From Thraustochytrium aureum (Eukaryota): DNA of 64,000 nucleotides. Position 1 is the stretch's first letter. Every line of letters starts with the position of its first letter. Location: the NCBI GenBank assembly GCA_012862495.1, contig BLSG01000419.1, positions 74,121-138,120 of the forward strand, read 5' to 3'. The notes beneath the pieces are model-generated. The model was not told the DNA's origin, searched no databases, and was given only the letters and a program-made list of their open reading frames with translations. This document shows, piece by piece, positions 1 to 11,765 of this stretch. Made by a program: the position numbers and the translations under genes.

Positions 1-131
1 TGGTCGCGCCAAACGGTGCGTAGGAGCTCGAGCGACTCGCTCAGCGTCCGATGGGCTTGCTCAGCCGTCCCGCTGTACTTCCACCACGTGCGAGTGGCGA
101 CGTCCTCGCCCTCGCGTTTCGGCAGCTCGTG
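1..131 (-). CDS. Fragment of a probable FSH1/OVCA2-family serine hydrolase; runs off the window edge and into the gap
   Basis: The minus strand reads HELPKREGEDVATRTWWKYSGTAEQAHRTLSESLELLRTVWRD. This resembles the FSH1 segment (PH.l...raWW...SL..l...w) that precedes the GPFDG motif. Only about 43 aa are visible. Confidence 0.45.
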
Positions 132-385
132 NNNNNNNNNNNNNNNNNNNNNNNNNNNNNNNNNNNNNNNNNNNNNNNNNNNNNNNNNNNNNNNNNNNNN
201 NNNNNNNNNNNNNNNNNNNNNNNNNNNNNNNNNNNNNNNNNNNNNNNNNNNNNNNNNNNNNNNNNNNNNNNNNNNNNNNNNNNNNNNNNNNNNNNNNNNN
301 NNNNNNNNNNNNNNNNNNNNNNNNNNNNNNNNNNNNNNNNNNNNNNNNNNNNNNNNNNNNNNNNNNNNNNNNNNNNNNNNNNNNT

Positions 386-1600
386 GGCACACGAGCACAC
401 GAGCAGCTCAGGCTGCGCCAGTACCAGCTCAAGGAGCCGCTCGACGCGCAGGAAATCTCAGCCGAGCAGGGCACGCGCACTCCGGTGTTGTTCGAGGTCG
501 AGCAGTTGGTGTCGGCGCAGAGGCTGCACGGCAGGCAGGTAAAGGCGATGATCAAGGTGAGACTCAAGCAGGACCTGGACGTCCGGCGGCGCAAGGGCGA
601 CGTAATTGAGGTCGCGGAAGGCTATGGACGAACGTACTTGATCAAGAACGGGCTTGCGGAGCGGTTCCAGGAAGACCGGCACAACGCGTGGGACCCGCGC
701 AAGCTCTCCGAGCAGGAAAGCGTGGACGCCAACGTGGTGATGACCGAGTTTCGCCGCCAAATGTACCAGGGAGGCGTGCGCAAGTGGTCGATCAACGGCT
801 TGAACCGCGTCTTTGACAACGTCGACAGGGAGTCGATGGACGAGGCCCTCAACCCGGTCGAGTTCGAAGAGGCGATAAACAAGTTTGGCGTCTTCCTGGA
901 AAAGCGCGCGATCCTGACGCTCTTCAGGGCCTTTGACTCGAGTGGTGATGGTCGAATCAGCTATCGCGAGTTTGTGACCGGAATCCGCGGCGCGATGAAC
1001 GAGCGCCGCTACAACATAGTCAAGAAGGCCTGGGACGCACTGATGCGCAGGGGCGGGGCCCTGCTCTCGCCCGACCAGATTGTGCATTTTTCCGACCCCA
1101 CCAAACACCCGAACGTGACGTCGGGCCTTGACAAGGCGTCGACGGTGGCGGCGATGACGAAGGAGGGTCTCGCGCGGTGGTCGAACGACTCTGAGCTCGT
1201 CAACGAAGCGGGATTTGTCAACCACTTTACAGACTTGAGCGGGGCTGTGGACAGCGACGAGATATTTGTGAGCATGATTGAGCGACAGTTCGGAGTGAGC
1301 GAGTCGGAGGAGAGCGCCGAGACGGAGCAGGCTGTCAGGGACTTTGCGACTCGTCTTCTGGACAAGCTCCATCAAAAGTCGTTCCGTGGCGAGAGCGCGG
1401 CGCGGACCCTTCTGCGCGCATTCCAGTTTGTCAACTCGGACTGCATGGGCGGTATCACGCTGGCAGAGTTTCGAACGGCAATGGAGTCGCTTGGGTTTCG
1501 TGGCCCTGTGGTGGAGACTGTGTTTGCGCACTTTGACAAGTCGCGGAGCGGCCAGATCGAGTATCGCGAGTTTTCGGAGGCCCTCGCTGCGCAGTTTTGA
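386..1600 (+). CDS. Calcyphosin-like multi-EF-hand protein with an embedded ribosomal protein L9 N-terminal-like domain
   Basis: EF-hands FDSSGDGRISYREF, VNSDCMGGITLAEF and FDKSRSGQIEYREF; calcyphosin-type IRGAMNERRYNIVKKAW and TKHPNV motifs; L9-N-like segment at 548-661. The frame is open back to the gap, so the true start is uncertain (first ATG 548). Confidence 0.8.
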   Translation, partial: GTRAHEQLRLRQYQLKEPLDAQEISAEQGTRTPVLFEVEQLVSAQRLHGRQVKAMIKVRLKQDLDVRRRKGDVIEVAEGYGRTYLIKNGLAERFQEDRHNAWDPRKLSEQESVDANVVMTEFRRQMYQGGVRKWSINGLNRVFDNVDRESMDEALNPVEFEEAINKFGVFLEKRAILTLFRAFDSSGDGRISYREFVTGIRGAMNERRYNIVKKAWDALMRRGGALLSPDQIVHFSDPTKHPNVTSGLDKASTVAAMTKEGLARWSNDSELVNEAGFVNHFTDLSGAVDSDEIFVSMIERQFGVSESEESAETEQAVRDFATRLLDKLHQKSFRGESAARTLLRAFQFVNSDCMGGITLAEFRTAMESLGFRGPVVETVFAHFDKSRSGQIEYREFSEALAAQF

Positions 1601-1819
1601 GGTGCCAGACCGGAATGACGCGACTGCATCGACCAGCCGCCGTTTGCGCTTTTCACGCCGTCAAACCCAATGGGGGGTGGGGTCGGCTCGTTTGCGACAA
1701 TCGAAATTCACGAGCGGGTTTGGGGGGACAAAGAAAGCAAGAAAGCATGCCAAGAGCGAGCACAACTTGCCAGACCGCGCGATTTCACGCGAAAAAAACA
1801 AGCCAATCGATGAGCGTTT

Positions 1820-2342
1820 CTAATACAAAAGCTCCTTTTCCACATCGGCACTCGCACTGCCGCCTGCAGCGGCAACAACCTCTGTCAGGCCCTCGTTGGA
1901 GCAGACGTGCATCGGCACCGCCTCTGCATTGGCAAACTTGATCTCCCGCCCGAAGTTGCGAAACAGGTGCTTCAGAAAGACCCAGTGTGACACTACAGCG
2001 ATCTCCGTCTCGGGGCGCGCCATGAGAAACGCTAGAAGGTCGATCGCGCGCGCCATGCAGGCTGTGCTGTTGTACTGGTCAGGGTGCGTCTCCTTGACGC
2101 TCCACATTTCGTCCTGCTCGGTAGAAACGTGCGCGAAGTCGACGTGCGGGAACGCCGCGACAAGCTGCGATTTGTCCGAACGCCAGTCGCATGCGTGCAG
2201 CGCGATGCGCTCGCGGGCGAGCTCAAGGGCGAGTATGGGTGGCCCAGCGCCTGGCTCGGTCTGAAAAGCAATCGTGGCGGTCGACAGAGCACGCCGCAGC
2301 GGCGACGAGACGACGAGCTCTACCCTCTCCGCAACGCGAGCG
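1820..2342 (-). CDS. Histidine phosphatase / phosphoglycerate mutase-family protein (5' part in gap)
   Basis: ELVVSSPLRRALSTA, LELARER..HACDWRS, FPHVDF and RPETEIAVVSH motifs all lie in one frame; the RHG motif would fall in the gap. Confidence 0.8.
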
Positions 2343-3156
2343 NNNNNNNNNNNNNNNNNNNNNNNNNNNNNNNNNNNNNNNNNNNNNNNNNNNNNNNNNN
2401 NNNNNNNNNNNNNNNNNNNNNNNNNNNNNNNNNNNNNNNNNNNNNNNNNNNNNNNNNNNNNNNNNNNNNNNNNNNNNNNNNNNNNNNNNNNNNNNNNNNN
2501 NNNNNNNNNNNNNNNNNNNNNNNNNNNNNNNNNNNNNNNNNNNNNNNNNNNNNNNNNNNNNNNNNNNNNNNNNNNNNNNNNNNNNNNNNNNNNNNNNNNN
2601 NNNNNNNNNNNNNNNNNNNNNNNNNNNNNNNNNNNNNNNNNNNNNNNNNNNNNNNNNNNNNNNNNNNNNNNNNNNNNNNNNNNNNNNNNNNNNNNNNNNN
2701 NNNNNNNNNNNNNNNNNNNNNNNNNNNNNNNNNNNNNNNNNNNNNNNNNNNNNNNNNNNNNNNNNNNNNNNNNNNNNNNNNNNNNNNNNNNNNNNNNNNN
2801 NNNNNNNNNNNNNNNNNNNNNNNNNNNNNNNNNNNNNNNNNNNNNNNNNNNNNNNNNNNNNNNNNNNNNNNNNNNNNNNNNNNNNNNNNNNNNNNNNNNN
2901 NNNNNNNNNNNNNNNNNNNNNNNNNNNNNNNNNNNNNNNNNNNNNNNNNNNNNNNNNNNNNNNNNNNNNNNNNNNNNNNNNNNNNNNNNNNNNNNNNNNN
3001 NNNNNNNNNNNNNNNNNNNNNNNNNNNNNNNNNNNNNNNNNNNNNNNNNNNNNNNNNNNNNNNNNNNNNNNNNNNNNNNNNNNNNNNNNNNNNNNNNNNN
3101 NNNNNNNNNNNNNNNNNNNNNNNNNNNNNNNNNNNNNNNNNNNNNNNNNNNNNNNN

Positions 3157-3300
3157 GTCGGTGGCGTGGCGTCCTTGCGCGCCTGCGGCTTCAAAAAGGA
3201 CGAGGTGGAGCGTGTTCTGAGGCTCGAGGACGACGCCCTGGACACCAACTGGCTCGCCGACGTCGTCGCGCGTGTAGACAAGGCCCTCGCCGAGGCTTAG
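3157..3300 (+). CDS. C-terminal fragment, possibly a PUB domain
   Basis: VGGVASLRACGFKK resembles the PUB-domain GG..L...GF motif; stop at 3300; the rest is in the gap. Confidence 0.4.
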   Translation, partial: VGGVASLRACGFKKDEVERVLRLEDDALDTNWLADVVARVDKALAEA

Positions 3301-3514
3301 CTCCCCGACGGCTCCTGCACTTCGCAACGCGACGCACCGCCTCGCCTCGCCCGCGAAACCAGGCACAACTGAGGACTCGCTCGGAATTCCGCATCCACAC
3401 CACCAAAACCTAACGGGGAACAATATTCTTTCCTTTTGCTCGGTTGGTCGTCGCAGAGCAGCGCGCGGAGTCGTGTTTGGCGAGTATGTCCGGACGCGGA
3501 GGCAGGAAGCGCAC

Positions 3515-3620
3515 GACAGCAGTGCAAGAACAGCAGCAGCAGCAAGAACAGCAGCAGCAAAAGCAGTACGGCAGCACCAGCAGTACAGCAGAAGTACAGC
3601 AGCAAGAGCAGCAGCAGAGA
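3515..3620 (+). repeat. Degenerate (CAG)n microsatellite
   Basis: Runs of cagcagcag interspersed with caagaa and agta. Confidence 0.8.
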
Positions 3621-3665
3621 CTCTGTTCGGGTTCAGGTCGCCAGGACGGTATGGCCAGTAAAGGA

Positions 3666-4329
3666 ATGACGATGGCGGAAAAGCGCGATCTGTTCGAAGT
3701 CGAGGTATGTTGAGGCTTGCGGCCATGCGGCGCAGGTGGGGTGGGTGGTGGCGCGCTGGCGAGAGGACGTCGCTGCTGACTCTCAAACCGCGCAGTACGA
3801 TGGAAGTTTGGTGAACGCCAAAATGGAGAGCGCAGTGCCGGCGCGATACACGTTTCCAAGCGGGACGGTCTACGAAGGCACGTTCAAGAACGGCTGCTTT
3901 CACGGCAATGGCAAGCTGTACTTTGCTGGAAAGGGCGAGTTTACAGGCGTTTGGAAGGACGGCACACTCGAAACCGGGGCGTACACCTTTGAGGACGGGC
4001 TGCGCCACGCGGAAACCTCGGCATGGTTCTGCACACAGCAAGATAGGCGGTACTACAGTGAGCACGTGGGCGGCATTCGCCCTGCTGGCGCTACTCTGCT
4101 GCGGAGAACGCCGAGCGAGACGCACGCAGTGCCTCCGGGGACGTTTGATTGCATGGACGGGTACTTTGACCCTGAAAGTGGCAAGGTCTACGATTATGAG
4201 ACTGGGTTGGAGGTGCGAGAACCAACGCCCGCCCAGCGCCGCGTAATTGAGGATCGCGCATACTTTTCCTTCTCGTCGAGTGTCCAAGGCCAGGAGGGCA
4301 AGACTGGGGAGGAAGGTAAGAGCGCGTGA
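3666..4329 (+). CDS. MORN5: MORN repeat-containing protein 5; predicted exons 3666-3704 and 3796-4329
   Basis: YTFPSGTVYEG..KNGCFHG.G.LYF, YTFEDGL, DRRYYSE..GGIRPAG and DC.DGYFDP match MORN5. The in-frame intron 3705-3795 (GTATGT...GCTGAC...GCAG) joins MTMAEKRDLFEVE to YDGSLVNAKME. Confidence 0.88.
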
Positions 4330-4499
4330 CAATTCTCCTTTGCTCGCAAGACAGTCTTCGTTAGCCGAAGAGCCCCACTTGGAACAAAAATGAACTGAGG
4401 GTACTCGAATGCTCGCAACTGCGTTCCTCCTTCAAAGCTCTAGCTTGCGCTCCTCTTTCGAAGCTCCAGAGAGCTCGAGAGTTAGCTTGAGAAAGGGTG

Positions 4500-6014
4500 C
4501 TACTTGTGGTACCCCCCGTGGCCCCTGCCGTCCGCGGCCTGGTCCATCAGGTCCAGCAGGTCCACCTCGTCATCATCCAGGTTGTCGTCCCCCGGGTCGG
4601 CTTCTTTGCTGGCACCCGTCTCAACGTCCAAGCCGAGANNNNNNNNNNNNNNNNNNNNNNNNNNNNNNNNNNNNNNNNNNNNNNNNNNNNNNNNNNNNNN
4701 NNNNNNNNNNNNNNNNNNNNNNNNNNNNNNNNNNNNNNNNNNNNNNNNNNNNNNNNNNNNNNNNNNNNNNNNNNNNNNNNNNNNNNNNNNNNNNNNNNNN
4801 NNNNNNNNNNNNNNNNNNNNNNNNNNNNNNNNNNNNNNNNNNNNNNNNNNNNNNNNNNNNNNNNNNNNNNNNNNNNNNNNNNNNNNNNNNNNNNNNNNNN
4901 NNNNNNNNNNNNNNNNNNNNNNNNNNNNNNNNNNNNNNNNNNNNNNNNNNNNNNNNNNNNNNNNNNNNNNNNNNNNNNNNNNNNNNNNNNNNNNNNNNNN
5001 NNNNNNNNNNNNNNNNNNNNNNNNNNNNNNNNNNNNNNNNNNNNNNNNNNNNNNNNNNNNNNNNNNNNNNNNNNNNGATGCAAAGAGGTTGAGACCGTAG
5101 CCCCCCGAAGAACCAGAGCGCCTCGCCGGCACAATCAGGTCAGCCAAGACGTTGAGCTCCTCACGAGCCGACTGCGCCTTGGCCTCGGCGCTGGGACGCT
5201 CCGGCTCCCCGGCCTTGCCCTCATCCTCGGGAGCTGTTGCAGTCACCTCTCCGCGAAACAAGGCGTACAGATTTGCCCCCAAAAGGCTGTGCGCTTCGCG
5301 GTACGAGGCTTGGTCGTGCTCCTCGGGGTTTGCAGCACGGAGGACGGCGAGGTCGACGCGGTACTCGGAAGATACATTGGCCTCGTTGTCAAAGTGGCGG
5401 ACGCTCCCAGGGACTGGCGTCTCTGGCGGGCATGGCCCATCGAGGGCGACCCGCATGCGGCCGTCCGCGGCCTGGAGATTCTCCTGCAGGAGAAGGGAGA
5501 CTTTGACGTTTCTGGACTGCACAAAGTCGAGCAGCGTTTGCTTGAGAGCCCAGAGCTGGCCTTCGGAGAGGGCGCCGTAGGTCGATTCAATCTTCTCTTG
5601 GCAGTCGTCGAGTAGAGCTCGCACGTCGTCGCGGACGTAGGTCTTGAGCGTCTCGATGTGGCGGAGGGTGACGCCCACAATCTCGCGCGGGGAGCGACAG
5701 CTAATGAGCTGGTACTTGAAAACCATGGTCATCAGGTCGTAGAGCTTGGACATGCTCGTCGCGTTGAGCTTCATGATCGAGCAGTGAGCAAGCCTCTCAA
5801 AGATGTGCTTGGTGGCCTCAAACGAGTATAGCGCGTGGGGTTTGAGCAGCTCGTCGATAAAGTTGCTGTTGAACATAGCCGACATGACTTCGTTCAGCAC
5901 TTGCTCGCCCTTCTTCGGGTCAATCTTTTGCGCGCTCAGGCGCTGGCGCAGCACGAACATCATCTCGGCCCCAAGGTTGACCACCACCAGCGGCATCGCA
6001 ATCACAGAGCTCAT
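4500..6014 (-). CDS. OSCP1: Organic solute carrier partner 1 (OSCP1), interrupted by a gap
   Basis: MPLVVVNLGAEMMFVLRQRL.AQ.I and FERLAHCSIMKLNATSMSKLYDLMTMVFKYQ are the OSCP1 signature; ATG at 6014; acidic C-terminus after the gap. Confidence 0.92.
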   Translation of the reverse strand: MSSVIAMPLVVVNLGAEMMFVLRQRLSAQKIDPKKGEQVLNEVMSAMFNSNFIDELLKPHALYSFEATKHIFERLAHCSIMKLNATSMSKLYDLMTMVFKYQLISCRSPREIVGVTLRHIETLKTYVRDDVRALLDDCQEKIESTYGALSEGQLWALKQTLLDFVQSRNVKVSLLLQENLQAADGRMRVALDGPCPPETPVPGSVRHFDNEANVSSEYRVDLAVLRAANPEEHDQASYREAHSLLGANLYALFRGEVTATAPEDEGKAGEPERPSAEAKAQSAREELNVLADLIVPARRSGSSGGYGLNLFAXXXXXXXXXXXXXXXXXXXXXXXXXXXXXXXXXXXXXXXXXXXXXXXXXXXXXXXXXXXXXXXXXXXXXXXXXXXXXXXXXXXXXXXXXXXXXXXXXXXXXXXXXXXXXXXXXXXXXXXXXXXXXXXXXXXXXXXXXXXXXXXXXXXLGLDVETGASKEADPGDDNLDDDEVDLLDLMDQAADGRGHGGYHK

Positions 6015-7060
6015 TTTCTGGGTCCGTCGGCCGCGGCACGCCCGCTCGCCGAGCCCCGGCGCCTGTCGCAACGCTCCTCTGCACGCGCGCAGCCTTCCCA
6101 CCAAGCCACAGGGTATGCGGAGAAGGAAAGTGGTGCTGGGCGCTCAACAGGCTCATCAGGCTGTTGCTGTAGTCCCAGTGTCCCAGCTTCTTTTGTTCAT
6201 CAAGCACTTGTTCATGACAGAAACGAGTCTCCAAATGAGGGCCGTGCTCGCTGTCGTGATGCGGACGGTCTCGCGCAGATCATCAAAGTCAGCGGGTGTG
6301 GGCCGCCAGGGCTGCGAGGAAGCGCCGACCTGCTTGCACGACCTCCTTCTCGACCTTGTTGCGGTTGCTCTTGTCCGAGTATGCGTTTTTTTCTTCTCGA
6401 GAGTGCGTGGTCTTTGACGAGCCCGTTGGCCTTTTGCGCAGAGGCGGAGGGGACCGCGTTGCCGAGGGCGTGGACCCAGACCGATTGTTCCAAGACGCCC
6501 GTGAGCCGTGCTATAAAGTCATAGCTGGGGTCGAACCATTTCGGCTTGGTGTTGCGGCAGCTCTGTTTGATGGGCCTGCTCTGAGGCACCCGAGCCGCGC
6601 GTTGAGTGTTTCCTCGAGTCGGGCAGGGCTTCGACCCAACCGCTCTGCCTCGTCTCTCTCTAGCTAGAGCTAGCTCTCTCGAGACATTGCTTCGTTTCGA
6701 GACCGCTCGATGCTGGGGCCCGTCCAGAAGGCGCTCCTTGCTTCCCTCCGGCCTTGCACCCTTTTGCCACGGCACCTCATGCGCGCGAACAGCTCTATAG
6801 GGCCCAAGCAGCCCAAGAAAAGGCTCTTCATGCCGGCCTCGAAGTGTGGCGCGATCTCCATGTCGCTACTGCGCGGCGCCGCCCAGGCTGATCCCACGTC
6901 GTTCCGAGGACTTGCGGAGACATTGAGCGAAACGGGCGCACAGTGAACGAACAGAGAACGCCACCACAGTTAGCAGGACAGATGGATGGATTCCCAGGCT
7001 GACCAAACGCGTTGGGAGAAATGGATCCGACTGGTGCCCCCTCGCTCACGCCAACTTGAA

Positions 7061-7153
7061 CATGGTCAACACGCACGGCCATGGTCAACACGCACGGCCA
7101 TGCTCAACACGCACGGCCATGGTCAACACGCACGTCCATGCTCAACATGCACG
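7061..7153 (+). repeat. 19-bp minisatellite, about 5 copies
   Basis: Unit CATG(G/C)TCAACACGCACGGC repeated in tandem. Confidence 0.9.
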
Positions 7154-7840
7154 TCGAGAAAGTACTACTCTAGCCTACCTATCGGCTTGATGACACTGGT
7201 TTTGCGACGGATCTCGGCACCTATCACTCGCTCCTATCGCACGAGGCAACCCTCGCCGCCGCGATGATCTTCAGAGATCTTCGAGCGCAAGGGGTCCGCC
7301 AACGAGGCGCGCTGGCCGGCGTGGCGCGCAACACTGTGAACTCCAAAGGCCGACGTGTGTCCGAAGCGAAAAGTGGGTGCGTGGTCAGGTCGCCGCTTTC
7401 GGGTGAACGGCAGAATTCCGGACAGCATGTGGAGTGCATTTGTGAGGGAAACACGACACATTTCGATTCAACTCGAAGCAAAGCTGGAGCAAAGCAAACC
7501 GATGAGAGGCCACCGTTGGCGTACGAGGGATGCAGGAGGGAGGAGTGGCAAAGTGGAAGCGTGCCAACAAAATGCCAAGCATGCGCCGCCGAGTGAAGCC
7601 AAAACGTGCCACGAGCCAAGAAACCGGCCTCGCAACCCGAACACGATGCCCTCGAGCAGAGCTCAAACGCCGACCAACGCCACGCCACGGCTGCGCTAGG
7701 CCCCGCGCGACGAGCCAGGCGAGCGAGGTCGAGCCTGCGCAAGCCAAGGCTGCCTTCGGAGCTGCTTTTGCAGCCGCTTTCGGAGCAGCCAAGGAGGGCG
7801 GCGCCCGCCGGCGTGGACGCTCAAGCCGCTTCCGCGCAAG

Positions 7841-10683
7841 ATGAAGGTGACCCTGTATGGCGTGGCGCTCGGCTCGATGCTGAGCGCCTCCACCACCACA
7901 CGCGGTGCCGATGTCGATAGCTCCTGGGAGTCGACCTTTGACATTATCTCGGCTTGTGTGGAGTCCGCGGCGAAGTGCCGCGACCCCGTGAGCGAGACTT
8001 TTGTGGCCGGCTGGCACACCAAGGCATCCTGCCTCGCGGCAGGGTTCGAGTGGTCGTCGGTCTTCCCCGACGCCGGCGCCATGTTGGCTGCAGTGGAGGC
8101 CACGCACGCGCGGTACGAACAAGAAGGCGTGGCCGGGCTCTTCCTGGCTGAGCTTCCAGCGGGCATGACGATGAACGAGGCCGCCGCCCGGGCGCCTGCT
8201 GGCGTCTCTGTCGGCGACGTGCTTGTCTGCCGCAATGGGCCGAACTTTGTGTACCTGGACGGCATGCCGGCCGCGGTCGCCGCCGCTTCGAGCGTGTTCC
8301 CCAGCCCCTTCGCGGTCCCGCCGCAGCTCAAGGTCTCCCCGCACCTGNNNNNNNNNNNNNNNNNNNNNNNNNNNNNNNNNNNNNNNNNNNNNNNNNNNNN
8401 NNNNNNNNNNNNNNNNNNNNNNNNNNNNNNNNNNNNNNNNNNNNNNNNNNNNNNNNNNNNNNNNNNNNNNNNNNNNNNNNNNNNNNNNNNNNNNNNNNNN
8501 NNNNNNNNNNNNNNNNNNNNNNNNNNNNNAGGGCCGCGCCAGGCAAGTGCTGCAGAACTGGCTGGCCAAGCACGAAGGTCGCCGTCGCTTGATGGCCAAC
8601 CCGGACGAGACCGGTGACGTGCAGCTGCACCTCAACTTTGTGCACCATGAAGAGCGCCTAGGCCGTCGCGCCCTCGAAGCGAGCGACGAGGAGTTCGCCA
8701 AGGCCCAAGAGATTATCGCGAGCACGGGCGGTGACGGAACCGCTCTGGATTGGCTTGCTGCCGAGTCAGAGGCCACCTGGGTAGAGCCTGTCGTGCACAT
8801 GATCGCGGACAACATGGACGCGGTATATGTGACCCAAGGCGGGCTGTCCTTGAGTGGGAATGACTTTGCTGCGAAAGACGACCTCGCGCCATTCTGGAAG
8901 GCCGGAGTGCACGGAGAGGGCGAGATTGTCGGCGTGGGCGACTCTGGCCTGGACACGAACCACTGCTTCTTCTCCGACACGGCCAATGCCATGGCGGCCC
9001 GCCAGCCCGGACAGCGGTACGACTACGCTCAGCACCGCAAGGTCCTTCAGTACGTCTCGTACGTGGACGGCGGCGAGGGCGAGGTTGGAGGCCACGGCAC
9101 CCATGTCGCTGGATCGGTAGCTGGCAAGTACCCGGGGGGGCAGGCCGGCATCACCTCAGACGTCGGAGACCCCAACTCGATGAAGGGAATGGCGTACGAG
9201 GCCAAACTCGCCTTCTTCGACATCGGCGAGGCGGGCCAGCCGTACATCTATCCGCCCGCGGACATCGGAACCGACATGGTCGGCCAGTCCTACGAGATTG
9301 GCTCGCGCATCCACACCAACTCGTGGGGCGGCAACCTCAACGCCTACACGAGCGATTCGCGCTCTGTGGACACGTTCACTTGGAAAAACCAAGACGCGGT
9401 CATTCTCTTCGCCAACGGCAACTCTGGCGAGGGGCCACAGGGCAACGTGGGCACTCCTGCGACATCGAAGAACGCGGTCTCTGTAGGCGCCAGCATGAAC
9501 TCGAACCGGGCTTTCGCATTTGTTCAGAACGCGTGCCCTTCCTCTGCGTCGACGGACTGTGCGAACAACATGGCGCCCTTTTCCAGCAACGGGCCCACCA
9601 GTGACAACCGCATCAAGCCTGACATCTCCGCGCCTGGCATGTACATCGGGAGCTCAGAGTCCGGCACCAGCTGCGACATGACGTTCAAGGCGGGAACCTC
9701 CATGGCGACCCCGGTCACGGCGGGCAACACTGCTCTGGTGCGCCAGTTCATCCGCGAGGGGCGCTACATTGACGGCACGGTGAAGGCGAGCGCCGGGTTC
9801 AAGCCCATGGGCGCCCTCATCAAGGCGCTTTTGATCAACAGCGCTGAGATGATGACTGGCGGGTACTCCTCCATGACCACGCCCGACCTTGACGCCTCTG
9901 GCGGGCCAACGGGCCAGCAGGGCCACGGTCGCACCAACCTGGCTTCCGCGCTGCCTGCCACGGGCAACACGGCTGACCGTTCTGTTTTCCTGGACGGCAA
10001 CTTTGAGAAGATGCCGACGATCACGCAGACGGGAGGCTCGGCGCAATACAAGCTCAGTATCGGGAGCCAAGCCACCGACCTGCGCGTCACGCTCGTTTGG
10101 TACGATCCGCCCGCCACCCTCCAGGGGGACCAGAAGCTCATCAACGACTTGGACCTCACCTTGACGGACGCGAGCGGAAAGGTCTACTACCCGAACGGCC
10201 TTACCGGCGCGGACACGGTCAACACCGCCGAGAAGATCGTGATCCCCGCCGGCTCGCTGGCTCCGGGGGATTACACGATCACGGTCACGGGCTCGTCGGT
10301 CGTTCAATCCCCGCAGCCCTACGCCATTGCTGTGGCCGGCCCTCTCAAGCTCGCCTCGGACGGCACCCCCGGGGGCGAGATCACAGACGAGTCTGGCAAC
10401 AAGCGCCCGCTCTATGACGAGTCGGTTGTGGGCGGAGACAGCTCCACTACCACCATTGCCATCATCGCGGGCTCGGTCGCTCTCGTCGCCGCGGCCGCCT
10501 TTGTCGTACAGCGTCGCAAGAGCCAGAGGGCGCAGTCGCCGCAGCGCGGCCCGCCCATGGCCATGGGGTCTTCCCCGGCACCTGTTGGCCCGATGACCGG
10601 CATGATGAACTCGATGGGCGGCGCGATGCGTGGCTTCTCCGCGCGTTTCACTGGCGGCTTCAACAACAACGGCGGCGGCGGTG
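7841..10683 (+). CDS. Membrane-anchored subtilase (peptidase S8, Kp43/TagC-like); gaps internally and at the 3' end
   Basis: Signal-peptide-like N-terminus; catalytic motifs VGVGDSGLD, GHGTHVAGS, FANGNSG and GTSMATP; IHTNSWG and TSKNAVSVGA; C-terminal beta domain (LRVTLVWYDPP, LINDLDL, NTAEKI); TM helix IAIIAGSVALVAAAAFVV followed by RRK. Confidence 0.9.
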
Positions 10684-11732
10684 NNNNNNNNNNNNNNNNN
10701 NNNNNNNNNNNNNNNNNNNNNNNNNNNNNNNNNNNNNNNNNNNNNNNNNNNNNNNNNNNNNNNNNNNNNNNNNNNNNNNNNNNNNNNNNNNNNNNNNNNN
10801 NNNNNNNNNNNNNNNNNNNNNNNNNNNNNNNNNNNNNNNNNNNNNNNNNNNNNNNNNNNNNNNNNNNNNNNNNNNNNNNNNNNNNNNNNNNNNNNNNNNN
10901 NNNNNNNNNNNNNNNNNNNNNNNNNNNNNNNNNNNNNNNNNNNNNNNNNNNNNNNNNNNNNNNNNNNNNNNNNNNNNNNNNNNNNNNNNNNNNNNNNNNN
11001 NNNNNNNNNNNNNNNNNNNNNNNNNNNNNNNNNNNNNNNNNNNNNNNNNNNNNNNNNNNNNNNNNNNNNNNNNNNNNNNNNNNNNNNNNNNNNNNNNNNN
11101 NNNNNNNNNNNNNNNNNNNNNNNNNNNNNNNNNNNNNNNNNNNNNNNNNNNNNNNNNNNNNNNNNNNNNNNNNNNNNNNNNNNNNNNNNNNNNNNNNNNN
11201 NNNNNNNNNNNNNNNNNNNNNNNNNNNNNNNNNNNNNNNNNNNNNNNNNNNNNNNNNNNNNNNNNNNNNNNNNNNNNNNNNNNNNACTCTCCTGCTCTAC
11301 CTGCCTCCTCGTTCTTGAGCGAACGGCGTCCTTGTCAAGACTGATGAAACCGAGCGGAACGCCAGCACGCACATTCCGGCGCTGTTGCGCGCGCCACGTG
11401 GCCAAACAAGGCCAGGAAGTCTCCGGTTTGGCCAGCGGCGCCGACCTTCACCAACGTGAGCCGCGGCACATAGCTGATGGATGATGATCGCTTTCTTCCT
11501 TGATTGAAACCGAAGGCGTTGCTTTGGCCATCCGACAGCAGCCTGTGAGCGGTGAGTGAGAAGTGAGTGCTGATTGGTGCTGGTTTTAGGAGATAGGTGC
11601 GCGGGGAAACGCAGCGAATAACGCGTTGCGCGGTGTTCTCATACGAGACCCAACGAGGAACGTGCTTCGAAACGCGTTCCGTGGTTTGTGTCCTCCAGCC
11701 AGGCTGGGCCATGGATGGATGCAGACGACTCG

Positions 11733-11765
11733 GATGATGATGATGATGATGATGATGTTGATGAG
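11733..11765 (+). repeat. (GAT)n microsatellite
   Basis: About 8-10 gat units. Confidence 0.85.

Noticed and set aside
3444..3665. Poly-Gln ORF upstream of MORN5
   Set aside because: It is the CAG microsatellite read in frame. It could be an N-terminal extension, but nothing supports that.
2084..4332. Long ORFs spanning N gaps (here and elsewhere)
   Set aside because: Their length is an artefact of Ns containing no stops, and frame across gaps is unreliable.
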